A DNA stretch of 64,000 nt, taken from contig JBBISG010000003.1 of assembly GCA_037441365.1 (NCBI GenBank), positions 14,624-78,623 of the forward strand, given 5' to 3'. The stretch's first letter is position 1. Each line of letters begins with the position of its first letter. The notes beneath the pieces were generated by a model. The model searched no databases, was not told where the DNA came from, and saw only the letters and a list, made by a program, of their open reading frames with translations. This document shows positions 55,802-64,000 of the stretch, piece after piece. This DNA is from Nitrospirota bacterium. Its GTDB lineage: Bacteria > Nitrospirota > Thermodesulfovibrionia > Thermodesulfovibrionales > UBA9159. Made by a program: the position numbers and the translations under genes.

Positions 55802-58800
55802 ATGGTATCTGAAAAGACCGCTATTTTTGAAAGGCTGCAGGATTTCTGGGCCTGTTTTTCATCCTTTAAAGGCGTGCCCCCAGACCAAACACGCATTTAC
55901 AACCTCTCCGGCTCGTCAGTGGCCTTATTTTTGAGCCTCCAGAATGAACCATTTATAGCTGTGCAGCAGACATCTGATGCAGCCATCAGGCTCTATGAAG
56001 ATATACAGTTTTTCAGGTCAGTAATGCGGGTTGACCTGTCATCCATCTTCTTCCTTCCAGAGGCAGACGACCCTGAGTCATCGGGCAGGAGGGCTGAGGT
56101 CATCTATAACCTTAGAGATGGTGATTCTATTGTTACATCCATCAACGGTATGAATGCACCACTGTGGTCGAGTGATGACTTGAAAAGCCACTCTATTATG
56201 CTTTTGACAGGTCAGGAGATAGACAGGGAATCTGTCGAACACCGTCTGGCAGACCTTGGATATAAGAGGGTCTCTCTCGTGATGGAAAGGGGGCAGTACA
56301 GCTCAAAGGGCTGGCTGCTTGACATCTTTCCATCAACCAGAGAGAACCCTGTCAGGGTCGAGTTCTTTGGTGATGAGATCGAACAGATAAGGTTATTCGA
56401 TGTAGAATCTCAGAGGTCTATTAATAGGGTTCATGGCCTCCTCCTCCTGCCTGCGTCAGGGCCAATAACAGGTCAGAAGGTAACATCGTTGGTCAGGGCA
56501 AGGTTGTTTTCTGTAGATTTCCCTCTGGAGGATGCTATTTTACTGTCCCGCTTTGATTTTAAGGGCGAGGGGTTTGATGCAGGCCTGCTTTCTATGAGGG
56601 GACACGGCATATATCCTGATGAAAGAGGGTCTCTTGATGATGTGGGCAGGGCAATAAAGGGGCTCAGCAGGGACAACACCATAATAATTGTATCGTCTTC
56701 AATGGGACAGGCCGAAAGGGTGAGGGACATACTTTTTGATGGCGGCGTGATTGCACCGATAATCGAGACGGATGCGGTATTGGATTATCAGGGTGATGTT
56801 GCAATCACTAAGGGGAGGCTTTCGAAGGGCCTTTTTATCCCCGGGCTTTTGATCCTGACTGAAAGGGAGATCTTTGGTGAAAGGCCTGTTAGCAGACCAT
56901 TAAGGAAATCGAGGGTATCAGGGTTGCTCAGCTCGATGGATGAGATCGCGCCTAACGATTTTGTGGTTCATACAGAGCACGGGATAGGCAGGTTTGTCAA
57001 TATCCAGAGGGAGAGGGTTGGAGATTCTGAGACAGACCTTATCGTCCTCGAATACTCATGCGGCGACAGGCTCTATATCCCGCTTTATAATATCGGCATG
57101 ATAAAGAGGTACAACGCCGAGGAGGGTGCATCGCCGCAGCTCGACAGACTTGGCGGTAAGACATGGCAGAGGAGGAAGGAGAGGGTGAGGCAGGCCGTGA
57201 AGGAGATGGCAGAAAAGCTCCTCAGGCTCTATGCAGAGAGGGAGGTGGTAAAGGGCTTTGCGTACAGCGAGGATACAGAGCTCCACAGGGAATTCTATGG
57301 GTTCTTTCCGTATGAGGAGACGCCTGACCAGATCAAGGCCATTGAGGAGATAATCGGGGATATGGAGTCGGACAGGCCGATGGACAGGCTGCTGTGCGGT
57401 GATGTTGGTTATGGAAAGACAGAGGTTGCCATGAGGGCTGCATTCAAGGCCGTCTATGACAGCAGGCAGGTTGCCGTCCTTGTGCCAACAACCATCCTCT
57501 GCGAGCAGCATTACCAGACCTTTAAGAGCAGGTTTTCAGCGTTCCCTGTCAGGGTCGACTACCTGAGCAGATTTAAGTCAAGGAGACAGCAGGCTGCCAC
57601 ATTGAAGGCCCTTGCCGAGGGTGAGATAGACATAATCATAGGCACCCACAGCCTCCTGAGAAAGGATGTATCGTTCTGCAATCTTGGCCTTCTCATAATC
57701 GATGAAGAGCACAGGTTCGGTGTCGGTCAGAAGGAGAGGATAAAGGAGCTTAAAAAGGGGGTCGATGTCCTGAGCATGACGGCAACACCTATACCGAGGA
57801 CGCTCCAGATGGCGGTCTCTGGCATCAGGGGGATGAGCCTCATAGAGACCCCGCCTGAGGAGAGGCTTGCTGTAAGGAGCACGGTGTCTGTATTTGATCC
57901 CAAATTGATAAAGGAGGCGATAGAAAGAGAGCTTGAGAGGGGTGGTCAGGTCCTCTTTGTTCACAATTCGGTATCCGACATCGACAGAATGGCCCTACTA
58001 ATAAACAGGCTTACACCTGGTGCAAAGATAGCTATTGCGCATGGTCAGATGCCTGACAGGGTGCTCGAGGATGTGATGCTGAGGTTTATAAGCGGAGAGG
58101 TAAACATCCTCGTCTGCACAACTATAATAGGCTCCGGGATGGATATCCCTACTGCAAACACAATAATCATTAACAGAGCTGATAAGATAGGCCTTGCTGA
58201 CCTTTATCAGCTCAAGGGCAGGGTCGGCAGGAGCAGCGTAAGGGCATATGCGTATTTTCTGATACCCCCTGAGGAGGTGATCGGCGAGGAGGCGAAAAAG
58301 AGGCTTCAGGCCATAAGGGAGATGAGTTTCCTGGGGGCTGGATTCAGGCTTGCGATGAAGGACCTCGAGATAAGGGGTGCCGGCAATCTCCTCGGCCCTG
58401 AACAGTCAGGTCATATCCATGCGGTCGGATTCGATATGTATGTTGAGATGCTGGGCAGGGCCGTGGCTGAACTGAGGGGGGTTGAGATTAAAGAAGAGGT
58501 AGAGCCGTCCATTAATCTGAGGATTCGGGCATTTATACCCGACACTTACATCGAGGACCTTACCCTCAGGTTGAGCCTTTACAGGAGGATTGCAAATGCA
58601 AAGAGTATCGGGCATCTGGAGGACCTGAGATCAGAGATGAAAGACCGCTTCGGTAACCTGCCAGGAGAGGTCGATAAGCTCTTCGATATCATGAGATTGA
58701 AGATAATGGCAAAGGGGTTGTTAATCACCAGCATCTCAGAGGACGACGGCAGGGTGAGGTTCACCTTTTCTGATAAGACACCTGTTAAGACCGAAAGGAT

Positions 58801-58933
58801 ATTCGGTCTCCATGAGACATTCCATGGTATACGTTTCAAAAAGGACGGCTTTGAACTTAATCTCAGAGGGCTTTCAGGGGATGAGACATGCCGGATGGTA
58901 AACAGGGCACTGCAGAGCATACTGGAGGTTTAA
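55802..58933 (+). CDS. mfd: transcription-repair coupling factor
   Basis: 1043 aa; SF2 helicase motifs GDVGYGKTEVA, DEEHRFG; TRG motif region. Confidence 0.95.
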   Translation: MVSEKTAIFERLQDFWACFSSFKGVPPDQTRIYNLSGSSVALFLSLQNEPFIAVQQTSDAAIRLYEDIQFFRSVMRVDLSSIFFLPEADDPESSGRRAEVIYNLRDGDSIVTSINGMNAPLWSSDDLKSHSIMLLTGQEIDRESVEHRLADLGYKRVSLVMERGQYSSKGWLLDIFPSTRENPVRVEFFGDEIEQIRLFDVESQRSINRVHGLLLLPASGPITGQKVTSLVRARLFSVDFPLEDAILLSRFDFKGEGFDAGLLSMRGHGIYPDERGSLDDVGRAIKGLSRDNTIIIVSSSMGQAERVRDILFDGGVIAPIIETDAVLDYQGDVAITKGRLSKGLFIPGLLILTEREIFGERPVSRPLRKSRVSGLLSSMDEIAPNDFVVHTEHGIGRFVNIQRERVGDSETDLIVLEYSCGDRLYIPLYNIGMIKRYNAEEGASPQLDRLGGKTWQRRKERVRQAVKEMAEKLLRLYAEREVVKGFAYSEDTELHREFYGFFPYEETPDQIKAIEEIIGDMESDRPMDRLLCGDVGYGKTEVAMRAAFKAVYDSRQVAVLVPTTILCEQHYQTFKSRFSAFPVRVDYLSRFKSRRQQAATLKALAEGEIDIIIGTHSLLRKDVSFCNLGLLIIDEEHRFGVGQKERIKELKKGVDVLSMTATPIPRTLQMAVSGIRGMSLIETPPEERLAVRSTVSVFDPKLIKEAIERELERGGQVLFVHNSVSDIDRMALLINRLTPGAKIAIAHGQMPDRVLEDVMLRFISGEVNILVCTTIIGSGMDIPTANTIIINRADKIGLADLYQLKGRVGRSSVRAYAYFLIPPEEVIGEEAKKRLQAIREMSFLGAGFRLAMKDLEIRGAGNLLGPEQSGHIHAVGFDMYVEMLGRAVAELRGVEIKEEVEPSINLRIRAFIPDTYIEDLTLRLSLYRRIANAKSIGHLEDLRSEMKDRFGNLPGEVDKLFDIMRLKIMAKGLLITSISEDDGRVRFTFSDKTPVKTERIFGLHETFHGIRFKKDGFELNLRGLSGDETCRMVNRALQSILEV

Positions 58934-58988
58934 AGTTTCCCTTTACTTGCTTGAAGGTTTTTGATACCTTAATAGTGCAGAGGATGCA

Positions 58989-59699
58989 GTGAGTGCAAGG
59001 GTTTTATTATATCTAATCGCAGCGCTTGTTGTTTCATGCGCAAGCACAGGCACAGATGAGAGGCTCCAGAAGGCGGCTGCCCATTACCAGTTGGGCGTCT
59101 CTTATTTGAATGACAATAACATCCAGCCTGCATTTGTGGAGTTTCAGAAGGCACTTGAACTCAACCCTAATGATAAAGAGGTGCTTAATGCCATAGGGGT
59201 GATATATCTTCTGAAGCTTGAGGACTATCCGAAGGCTGTAGATTATTTTCAGAGGGCATTAGGGATAGACAAAAACTTCTCAGAGGCATTTAATAACCTC
59301 GGTGTTGCCTATGAGAAGATGGGGAGGTTCAGCGACGCCATCGAGCAGTATAGAACAGCACTATCGAATCCGCTTTACAGGAATGCAGAGAAGGCATTCA
59401 ATAATCTCGGCAGGGCATATTACAGGTCTAAGAGATACAGCGATGCGGTGGATGCCTACAAAGAGGCGATAAAGAGGTATCCTGACTTTTACCTCCCGTA
59501 CTACGGCCTCGCCCTCTGTTACAATGCGATGGGGAGGTATGGCGATGCTGCCGCTGCCCTGAAAAGGGCAATTGGGCTTGACCCTGTATACAGGGGCGAC
59601 AGGGAAAAGGCCATTAACGGTATAAGAGAGAGAAGGTTGCTTGCAAGGGGAGACGATGAAAAAGACCTCGAAGACCTATTAGAGATAATGAATTATTGA
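58989..59699 (+). CDS. TPR-repeat lipoprotein (PilF/PilW-like)
   Basis: GTG start, lipobox VVSC; at least 5 TPR units. Confidence 0.7.
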   Translation: MSARVLLYLIAALVVSCASTGTDERLQKAAAHYQLGVSYLNDNNIQPAFVEFQKALELNPNDKEVLNAIGVIYLLKLEDYPKAVDYFQRALGIDKNFSEAFNNLGVAYEKMGRFSDAIEQYRTALSNPLYRNAEKAFNNLGRAYYRSKRYSDAVDAYKEAIKRYPDFYLPYYGLALCYNAMGRYGDAAAALKRAIGLDPVYRGDREKAINGIRERRLLARGDDEKDLEDLLEIMNY

Positions 59700-60088
59700 A
59701 CATGCTTCTGCAGGATATTGACAGGCTGATAAAAGAGGCAGAGGATGCAAAGGGGAATGCTATTGCACCCTATTCGGGATTTACGGTCGGCGCTGCCCTG
59801 ATGACCACCAATGGAAAGATATACAGGGGCTGTAACATCGAGAATCCCTCCCTGATGCTGAGTTTTTGTGCTGAGAGGGCTGCCCTGATAAAGGCATTGA
59901 CCGAGGGTGAGACTACCTTTAAGGCAATGGCCATAGTATCGGGCGGCCGGGGGTACTGCTTTCCATGCGGTGCCTGCAGACAGATGCTGTCTGAATTTGC
60001 ACCTGATATTGAGGTATATCTCGCATCTGATAAGGGCATCAAAAAGTTTACACCCTCAGAGTTATTACCATACCCATTCAGAAAATAG
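59696..60088 (+). CDS. cdd: cytidine deaminase
   Basis: CAERAAL and PCGACRQ zinc motifs; 130 aa. Confidence 0.9.
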   Translation: MNMLLQDIDRLIKEAEDAKGNAIAPYSGFTVGAALMTTNGKIYRGCNIENPSLMLSFCAERAALIKALTEGETTFKAMAIVSGGRGYCFPCGACRQMLSEFAPDIEVYLASDKGIKKFTPSELLPYPFRK

Positions 60089-60233
60089 TGGCACGGTCTT
60101 TAATAAAAACTCTAAGAAAATCGTAAAATTACTTGACAACAAAGAATTAATATGATTCAATTTAAGCTGAAACCGGGGTAGATGTCCGGGATAGAGGTTA
60201 GGTAAAAAAACCCTTTTTGAAAGGAGAGCATAT

Positions 60234-62030
60234 ATGAAACTGTGTGATGGGCTTGTTAGAGCAAGGATTATTTATCTTATTGTAGCACTGTTTTTGGTCT
60301 CCTGCGGGAGCGAGAGGGTTGCGGACATTTCCTCGACTGCCCCGAAGGAGACAAGCACCCAGAGGGTTGTTACAGTCCAATCCATCCTTGCCGAGATGGA
60401 AAAGGGCAGATACGTGGATGGCGAGGTCCTCGTCAAGTTCAGGTCTGGGGTTGTGGCATCTCAGTCCTTAAAGGTGCACCAGGGTATTGGTGCATCGGTG
60501 CTTAAGAGGCTTACCATAGTCCCGAACCTCGAGCGTGTCAAACTTCCTGATGGAGTATCTGTAAGGGATGCGGTGATAAAATATATGTCAGACCCTAATG
60601 TTGAGTATGCAGAGCCTAATTATATAAGACGCATTGCAAAAACCCCTAATGACACATACTTTGCCCAGCAGTGGGCACTCCATAATACAGGCAGCTTCGC
60701 AAATGGCACGCCTGATGCAGACATAGATGCGCCCGAGGCGTGGGACATAAAGACAGGAAGCAGCAGTATTGTTGTGGCCGTTATCGACACAGGGATAGAT
60801 TATAACCACGAGGACCTGATCGATAACATATGGAGGAATCAAGCAGAAAACTGCCTTGATGGGGTCGACAACGATGGAAACGGCTATGTTGATGACTGCC
60901 TCGGATGGGACTTTACGTCGCCTGACAACAATCCCATGGATGACAACGGGCATGGGACCCATGTGGCCGGTATTATTGGCGCCCGCGGCGATAATGGCAG
61001 GGGGGTGTCGGGTGTCATGTGGAATGTAAAATTGATGCCATTGAAGTTCCTGAATGCTGACGGCGAAGGGACCGGTGCGGATGAGATCGAGGCCATTCAG
61101 TATGCCATATCGAATGGTGCAAGGATAATAAATGCCAGTTTTAGCTTTCCATCCTATTCCCAGGCCGAATACGATGCAATAGCGTCGGCAAACAATGCAG
61201 GCGTCATTGTTGTTGCAGCAGCGGGTAATGAGGCGCTCAACAACGACAGCACGCCCTCTTATCCCGCAAGCTATAACCTGCCTAACATCATATCCGTTGC
61301 TGCCACTGACCAGAATGACAGGAGGGCGTCTTTCAGCAACTTTGGAACCAATACCGTCCATGTCGGCGCACCCGGCGTGTATATCCTGAGCACGGTGCCG
61401 AATAACGGGTATGAGCAGATGGAATTCTATATGGGCACATCGATGGCAGCACCCCATGTCTCTGGCCTTGTCGGGCTTCTTTATACATATTACACAAACT
61501 TTAACCATAACCAGATACGCAGCACGATCTTGAGGTATGTTGATATCAAAGACCCATCTTATGGACTGAATGGCTGGACAAAGACTGGTGGAAGGATTAA
61601 TGCATACAGGGCCATATCATCATTGCTGATTCCGTCCAACCTTACTGCGGCTGCAGCATCTTCAACCTCGATAACCCTGTCATGGACGGACAATGCCACA
61701 GGAGAGGACGGCTACAGGATAGAAAGGAAGGTATCAGGCGGCAGTTATGCAACGATAAAGACACTCGGACCGAATGCGACCTCTTATACCGATTCAGGTC
61801 TGAGTCCTTCTACCACTTACTTTTACAGGGTTATAGCTTATAACGACATTGGTGAGTCCCCTTCATACTCAAATGAGGCATCTGCTACAACACCCGCTGT
61901 AACTGAAAGCACTGGTGGAGGAGGCGGAGGCTGCTCAATAGCTGCAGGGAAGGATACAGTGTCGGATGTAATCTTGATCTTCGTCCCGATTCTAACAATC
62001 GTTATACTCATGCTGAGAAGGAAGATGTAG
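60234..62030 (+). CDS. S8 subtilisin-like protease lipoprotein with FN3 domain and a Gly6-Cys C-terminal anchor signal
   Basis: lipobox LVSC; triad contexts VAVIDTGID, HGTHVAG, GTSMAAPHVSG; DNDGNGYVDD insert; FN3 (LSWTDNATGEDGYRIER); tail GGGGGGCSIA + TM + RRKM. Confidence 0.9.
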   Translation: MKLCDGLVRARIIYLIVALFLVSCGSERVADISSTAPKETSTQRVVTVQSILAEMEKGRYVDGEVLVKFRSGVVASQSLKVHQGIGASVLKRLTIVPNLERVKLPDGVSVRDAVIKYMSDPNVEYAEPNYIRRIAKTPNDTYFAQQWALHNTGSFANGTPDADIDAPEAWDIKTGSSSIVVAVIDTGIDYNHEDLIDNIWRNQAENCLDGVDNDGNGYVDDCLGWDFTSPDNNPMDDNGHGTHVAGIIGARGDNGRGVSGVMWNVKLMPLKFLNADGEGTGADEIEAIQYAISNGARIINASFSFPSYSQAEYDAIASANNAGVIVVAAAGNEALNNDSTPSYPASYNLPNIISVAATDQNDRRASFSNFGTNTVHVGAPGVYILSTVPNNGYEQMEFYMGTSMAAPHVSGLVGLLYTYYTNFNHNQIRSTILRYVDIKDPSYGLNGWTKTGGRINAYRAISSLLIPSNLTAAAASSTSITLSWTDNATGEDGYRIERKVSGGSYATIKTLGPNATSYTDSGLSPSTTYFYRVIAYNDIGESPSYSNEASATTPAVTESTGGGGGGCSIAAGKDTVSDVILIFVPILTIVILMLRRKM

Positions 62031-62082
62031 GATGTCGATTTGTTCAAGGGCTGCAGGGGATCGGGGTTATCCCCCTGGTGCG

Positions 62083-64000
62083 ATGTGGTTTGTGGCCTGT
62101 CTTTTACTTCTGGTTATGTCTGTTGCTTCATGCGGCCCTGACAAAGGCGGCGGTGCTGGGGGCGCCCATCTCTCTGGAGATGCAGAAAAGGGCATTGCCG
62201 ATGTGGGGCCGCCCATCCAGAAGGTCTCACTCATGTCTATCCTTTCAGCTATGGAGAGGGGGAGATATGCTGAAGGTGAACTCCTGGTTAAATTCAGGCC
62301 TGGCGTCATGAAAACCACCGCCCTGAAGGCCCATCAGGTCCTGGGCGCCTCGGTCATCAAGGGGTTCTTTCTTGTCCATGGTCTTGACCACATTAAACTT
62401 CCTCCTGGCATTACTGTGAAAGAGGCTATTGTAAGATATATGTCTGATCAAGATGTCGAATATGCCCAGCCGAATTACATCAAAAAGGCTGTCCTGACTC
62501 CGAATGATGCCTATTTCACCCAGCAATGGGGGTTGCAGAAGATAAATGCCCCTCAGGCATGGGACATTACTACAGGCAATAGCAGTGTCACCGTTGCGGT
62601 CATTGATACAGGAATCGACTATAATCACCCTGACCTTGGGTCAAATATCTGGGCGAATGCTAAAGAGACGAATTGTTCTGATGGAGCCGACAACGATGGC
62701 AATGGCTATGTTGATGACTGCAGGGGATGGGACTTCACAAGGTGTGCAAGGTTCAATGCATCTGGCTACTGCACCTCTCCGAAGTCGCCTGACAACAATC
62801 CCATGGATGACAACGGACATGGAACCCATGTTGCAGGCATAATCGGAGCTGTGGGCAATAACGGGATCGGTGTTGCAGGGGTTGGGTGGGGTATAAGATT
62901 GATGCCATTGAAGTTCCTGAATGCTGACGGCGAAGGGACCGATGCGGACGAGATCGAGGCCATTCAGTATGCCATATCGAATGGTGCAAGGATAATAAAT
63001 GCCAGTTTTAGCGGTCCATCCTATTCCCAGGCCGAATACGATGCAATAGCGTCGGCAAACAATGCAGGCGTCATTGTTGTTGCAGCAGCAGGCAACGGAG
63101 GGGACGATGCAGTAGGGGATAACAATGATGTGACCCCGGAGTATCCTGCAAGCTATAATCTCCCGAACATCATATCCGTTGCTGCCACTGACCAGAATGA
63201 TGCGAGACCTGCATGGAGCAACTATGGCCAGAATTCAGTCCATGTAGCAGCACCTGGTTCAGCGATTCTCAGCACTTATCTATCAGGGTATGCAGCGCTG
63301 TCCGGCACATCCATGTCTACCCCATTCGTTTCGGGGCTTGCGGGGCTGCTCTACAGCTATTACCCAGATTTCACATATTCCCAGATTCGTTCCACAATCC
63401 TGCGGTATGTCGATACACTGCCTATGCTGAGCGGCTGGATAAAGACAGGTGGAAGGGTCAATGCATTCAAGGCAGTATCATCTTTATCGGCACCAACAAA
63501 TCTCACCGCTACGGCAATAACATCCTCTGCAATATCCCTCTCATGGACTGACAATGCCACAGGTGAGGACGGATATAAGCTTGAGCGGAAGATTGGCACA
63601 GGCCCTTATACCGAGATAACAACATTAAGTGCGAATGCCACGTCTTACACAAACAGCGGCCTCACTGACGGCACACTTTACACTTACAGGGTGAGGGCAT
63701 ACAATACCATACCTGCTGACTCGTCTTACTCCAACAGTGCGGTTACCGTAACACCCCTTAATTCACCGAGTGGGCTTACTGCGACGGCACTGTCAGGCTC
63801 TCAGGTGAAGCTCACATGGGCAGATAACTCGCAGTCAGAGGATGGTTATAAGATAGAGAGAAGGGGTTCGGATGGTAATTATAGCCAGATAGCTGTGATA
63901 GGGCCGAATACCGCAACCTATACTGATTCGGGGCTCAATCAAGCAACCACATACTGGTACAGGGTCAGGGCCTATAACGGTGCAGCCGGCGATTCTCTTT
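62083..64000 (+). CDS. S8 subtilisin-like protease paralog with at least 2 FN3 domains (3' partial, runs off the window)
   Basis: not in the track (no stop); frame read by hand: MWFVACLLLLVMSVASC lipobox (alt ATG 62032), VAVIDTGIDYNHPD, HGTHVAG, GTSMSTPFVSG, two FN3 units. Confidence 0.85.
   Translation, partial: MWFVACLLLLVMSVASCGPDKGGGAGGAHLSGDAEKGIADVGPPIQKVSLMSILSAMERGRYAEGELLVKFRPGVMKTTALKAHQVLGASVIKGFFLVHGLDHIKLPPGITVKEAIVRYMSDQDVEYAQPNYIKKAVLTPNDAYFTQQWGLQKINAPQAWDITTGNSSVTVAVIDTGIDYNHPDLGSNIWANAKETNCSDGADNDGNGYVDDCRGWDFTRCARFNASGYCTSPKSPDNNPMDDNGHGTHVAGIIGAVGNNGIGVAGVGWGIRLMPLKFLNADGEGTDADEIEAIQYAISNGARIINASFSGPSYSQAEYDAIASANNAGVIVVAAAGNGGDDAVGDNNDVTPEYPASYNLPNIISVAATDQNDARPAWSNYGQNSVHVAAPGSAILSTYLSGYAALSGTSMSTPFVSGLAGLLYSYYPDFTYSQIRSTILRYVDTLPMLSGWIKTGGRVNAFKAVSSLSAPTNLTATAITSSAISLSWTDNATGEDGYKLERKIGTGPYTEITTLSANATSYTNSGLTDGTLYTYRVRAYNTIPADSSYSNSAVTVTPLNSPSGLTATALSGSQVKLTWADNSQSEDGYKIERRGSDGNYSQIAVIGPNTATYTDSGLNQATTYWYRVRAYNGAAGDSL

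Noticed and set aside
60588-61508. 306-aa minus-strand ORF, and many other antisense ORFs of 60-170 aa (e.g. 1982..2446, 19337..19768, 27630..28139, 52802..53299, 54179..54655, 57056..57511)
   Set aside because: They lie fully inside strongly supported genes on the other strand. Their translations are low-complexity or Cys/Arg/Pro-rich with no motifs. They are shadow ORFs.
61031-63089. Template-repeat/variable-repeat pair of a diversity-generating retroelement
   Set aside because: The 4 mismatches are not adenine-specific (G/A, T/C, TT/GG). No reverse transcriptase or accessory gene is nearby. The tract covers the conserved catalytic core, not a variable ligand-binding tip.

Overview
Dense bacterial chromosomal window with about 65 genes and no rRNA, tRNA, CRISPR array or obvious prophage. 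Gene content suggests an anaerobic or microaerophilic organism (possibly Nitrospirota/Thermodesulfovibrio-like or deltaproteobacterial), but the taxon cannot be fixed from the sequence. Gene order: GAF/sigma-54 activator (-) divergent from GATase-glnB-glnA; orphan ABC ATPase; Rrf2 regulator; an aa3-type oxidase operon (coxIII-SCO1-coxII(cyt c)-coxI-ctaB) followed by an MBL-fold protein; a divergent heme-copper-oxidase-like protein, a CydA-like::cytochrome c fusion and a polytopic partner; a minus-strand PerR-type peroxide operon; GYD protein, pcm, a membrane spermidine-synthase-like protein, Slp-like lipoprotein, lpxK, yjbQ; cooF-cooS-FAD oxidoreductase; two ArsR regulators, dsrEFH-like genes and SQR; an RND exporter, LolA-like protein and OM barrel; a long minus-strand operon (GT2, polyprenyl-P sugar transferase, gspE, gspF, gspH/I/J/K-like, pilM/N-like, fused cysE-cysS); galE; FG-GAP protein; uppS-cdsA-dxr-rseP; NUDIX; rfaE-II; mfd; TPR lipoprotein; cdd; and two tandem S8 proteases, the second running off the window. 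Main hidden signals: (1) Two genes are truncated in the ORF track by in-frame TGA codons that fall exactly on catalytic cysteine positions, each followed by a hairpin. One is a 2-Cys peroxiredoxin (FTFV-U-ATE). The other is the DsrE subunit of a dsrEFH-SQR cluster (VYL-U-GGC). Both are read here as selenoproteins, and the DsrE(U)FH-SQR-2xArsR module is the best candidate for an undescribed system. (2) A 37-nt perfect palindrome family (GGCACCCCAAAAAGTC-loop-GACTTTTTGGGGTGCC) occurs at least 5 times, and two copies sit in frame inside CDSs (RPE-like). (3) Degenerate 7-8-nt word arrays fill spacers and encode pseudopilin leader peptides, a signal peptide and a protein tail. (4) cysE and cysS form one ORF that directly abuts the stop codon of the last gene of the pseudopilus operon. 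(5) A divergent oxygen-reductase-like cluster lies beside a canonical cox operon, and that cox operon carries a near-consensus sigma-54 promoter plus a TGT-N10-ACA upstream site. All homology calls rest on motif recognition by eye; no searches were run.
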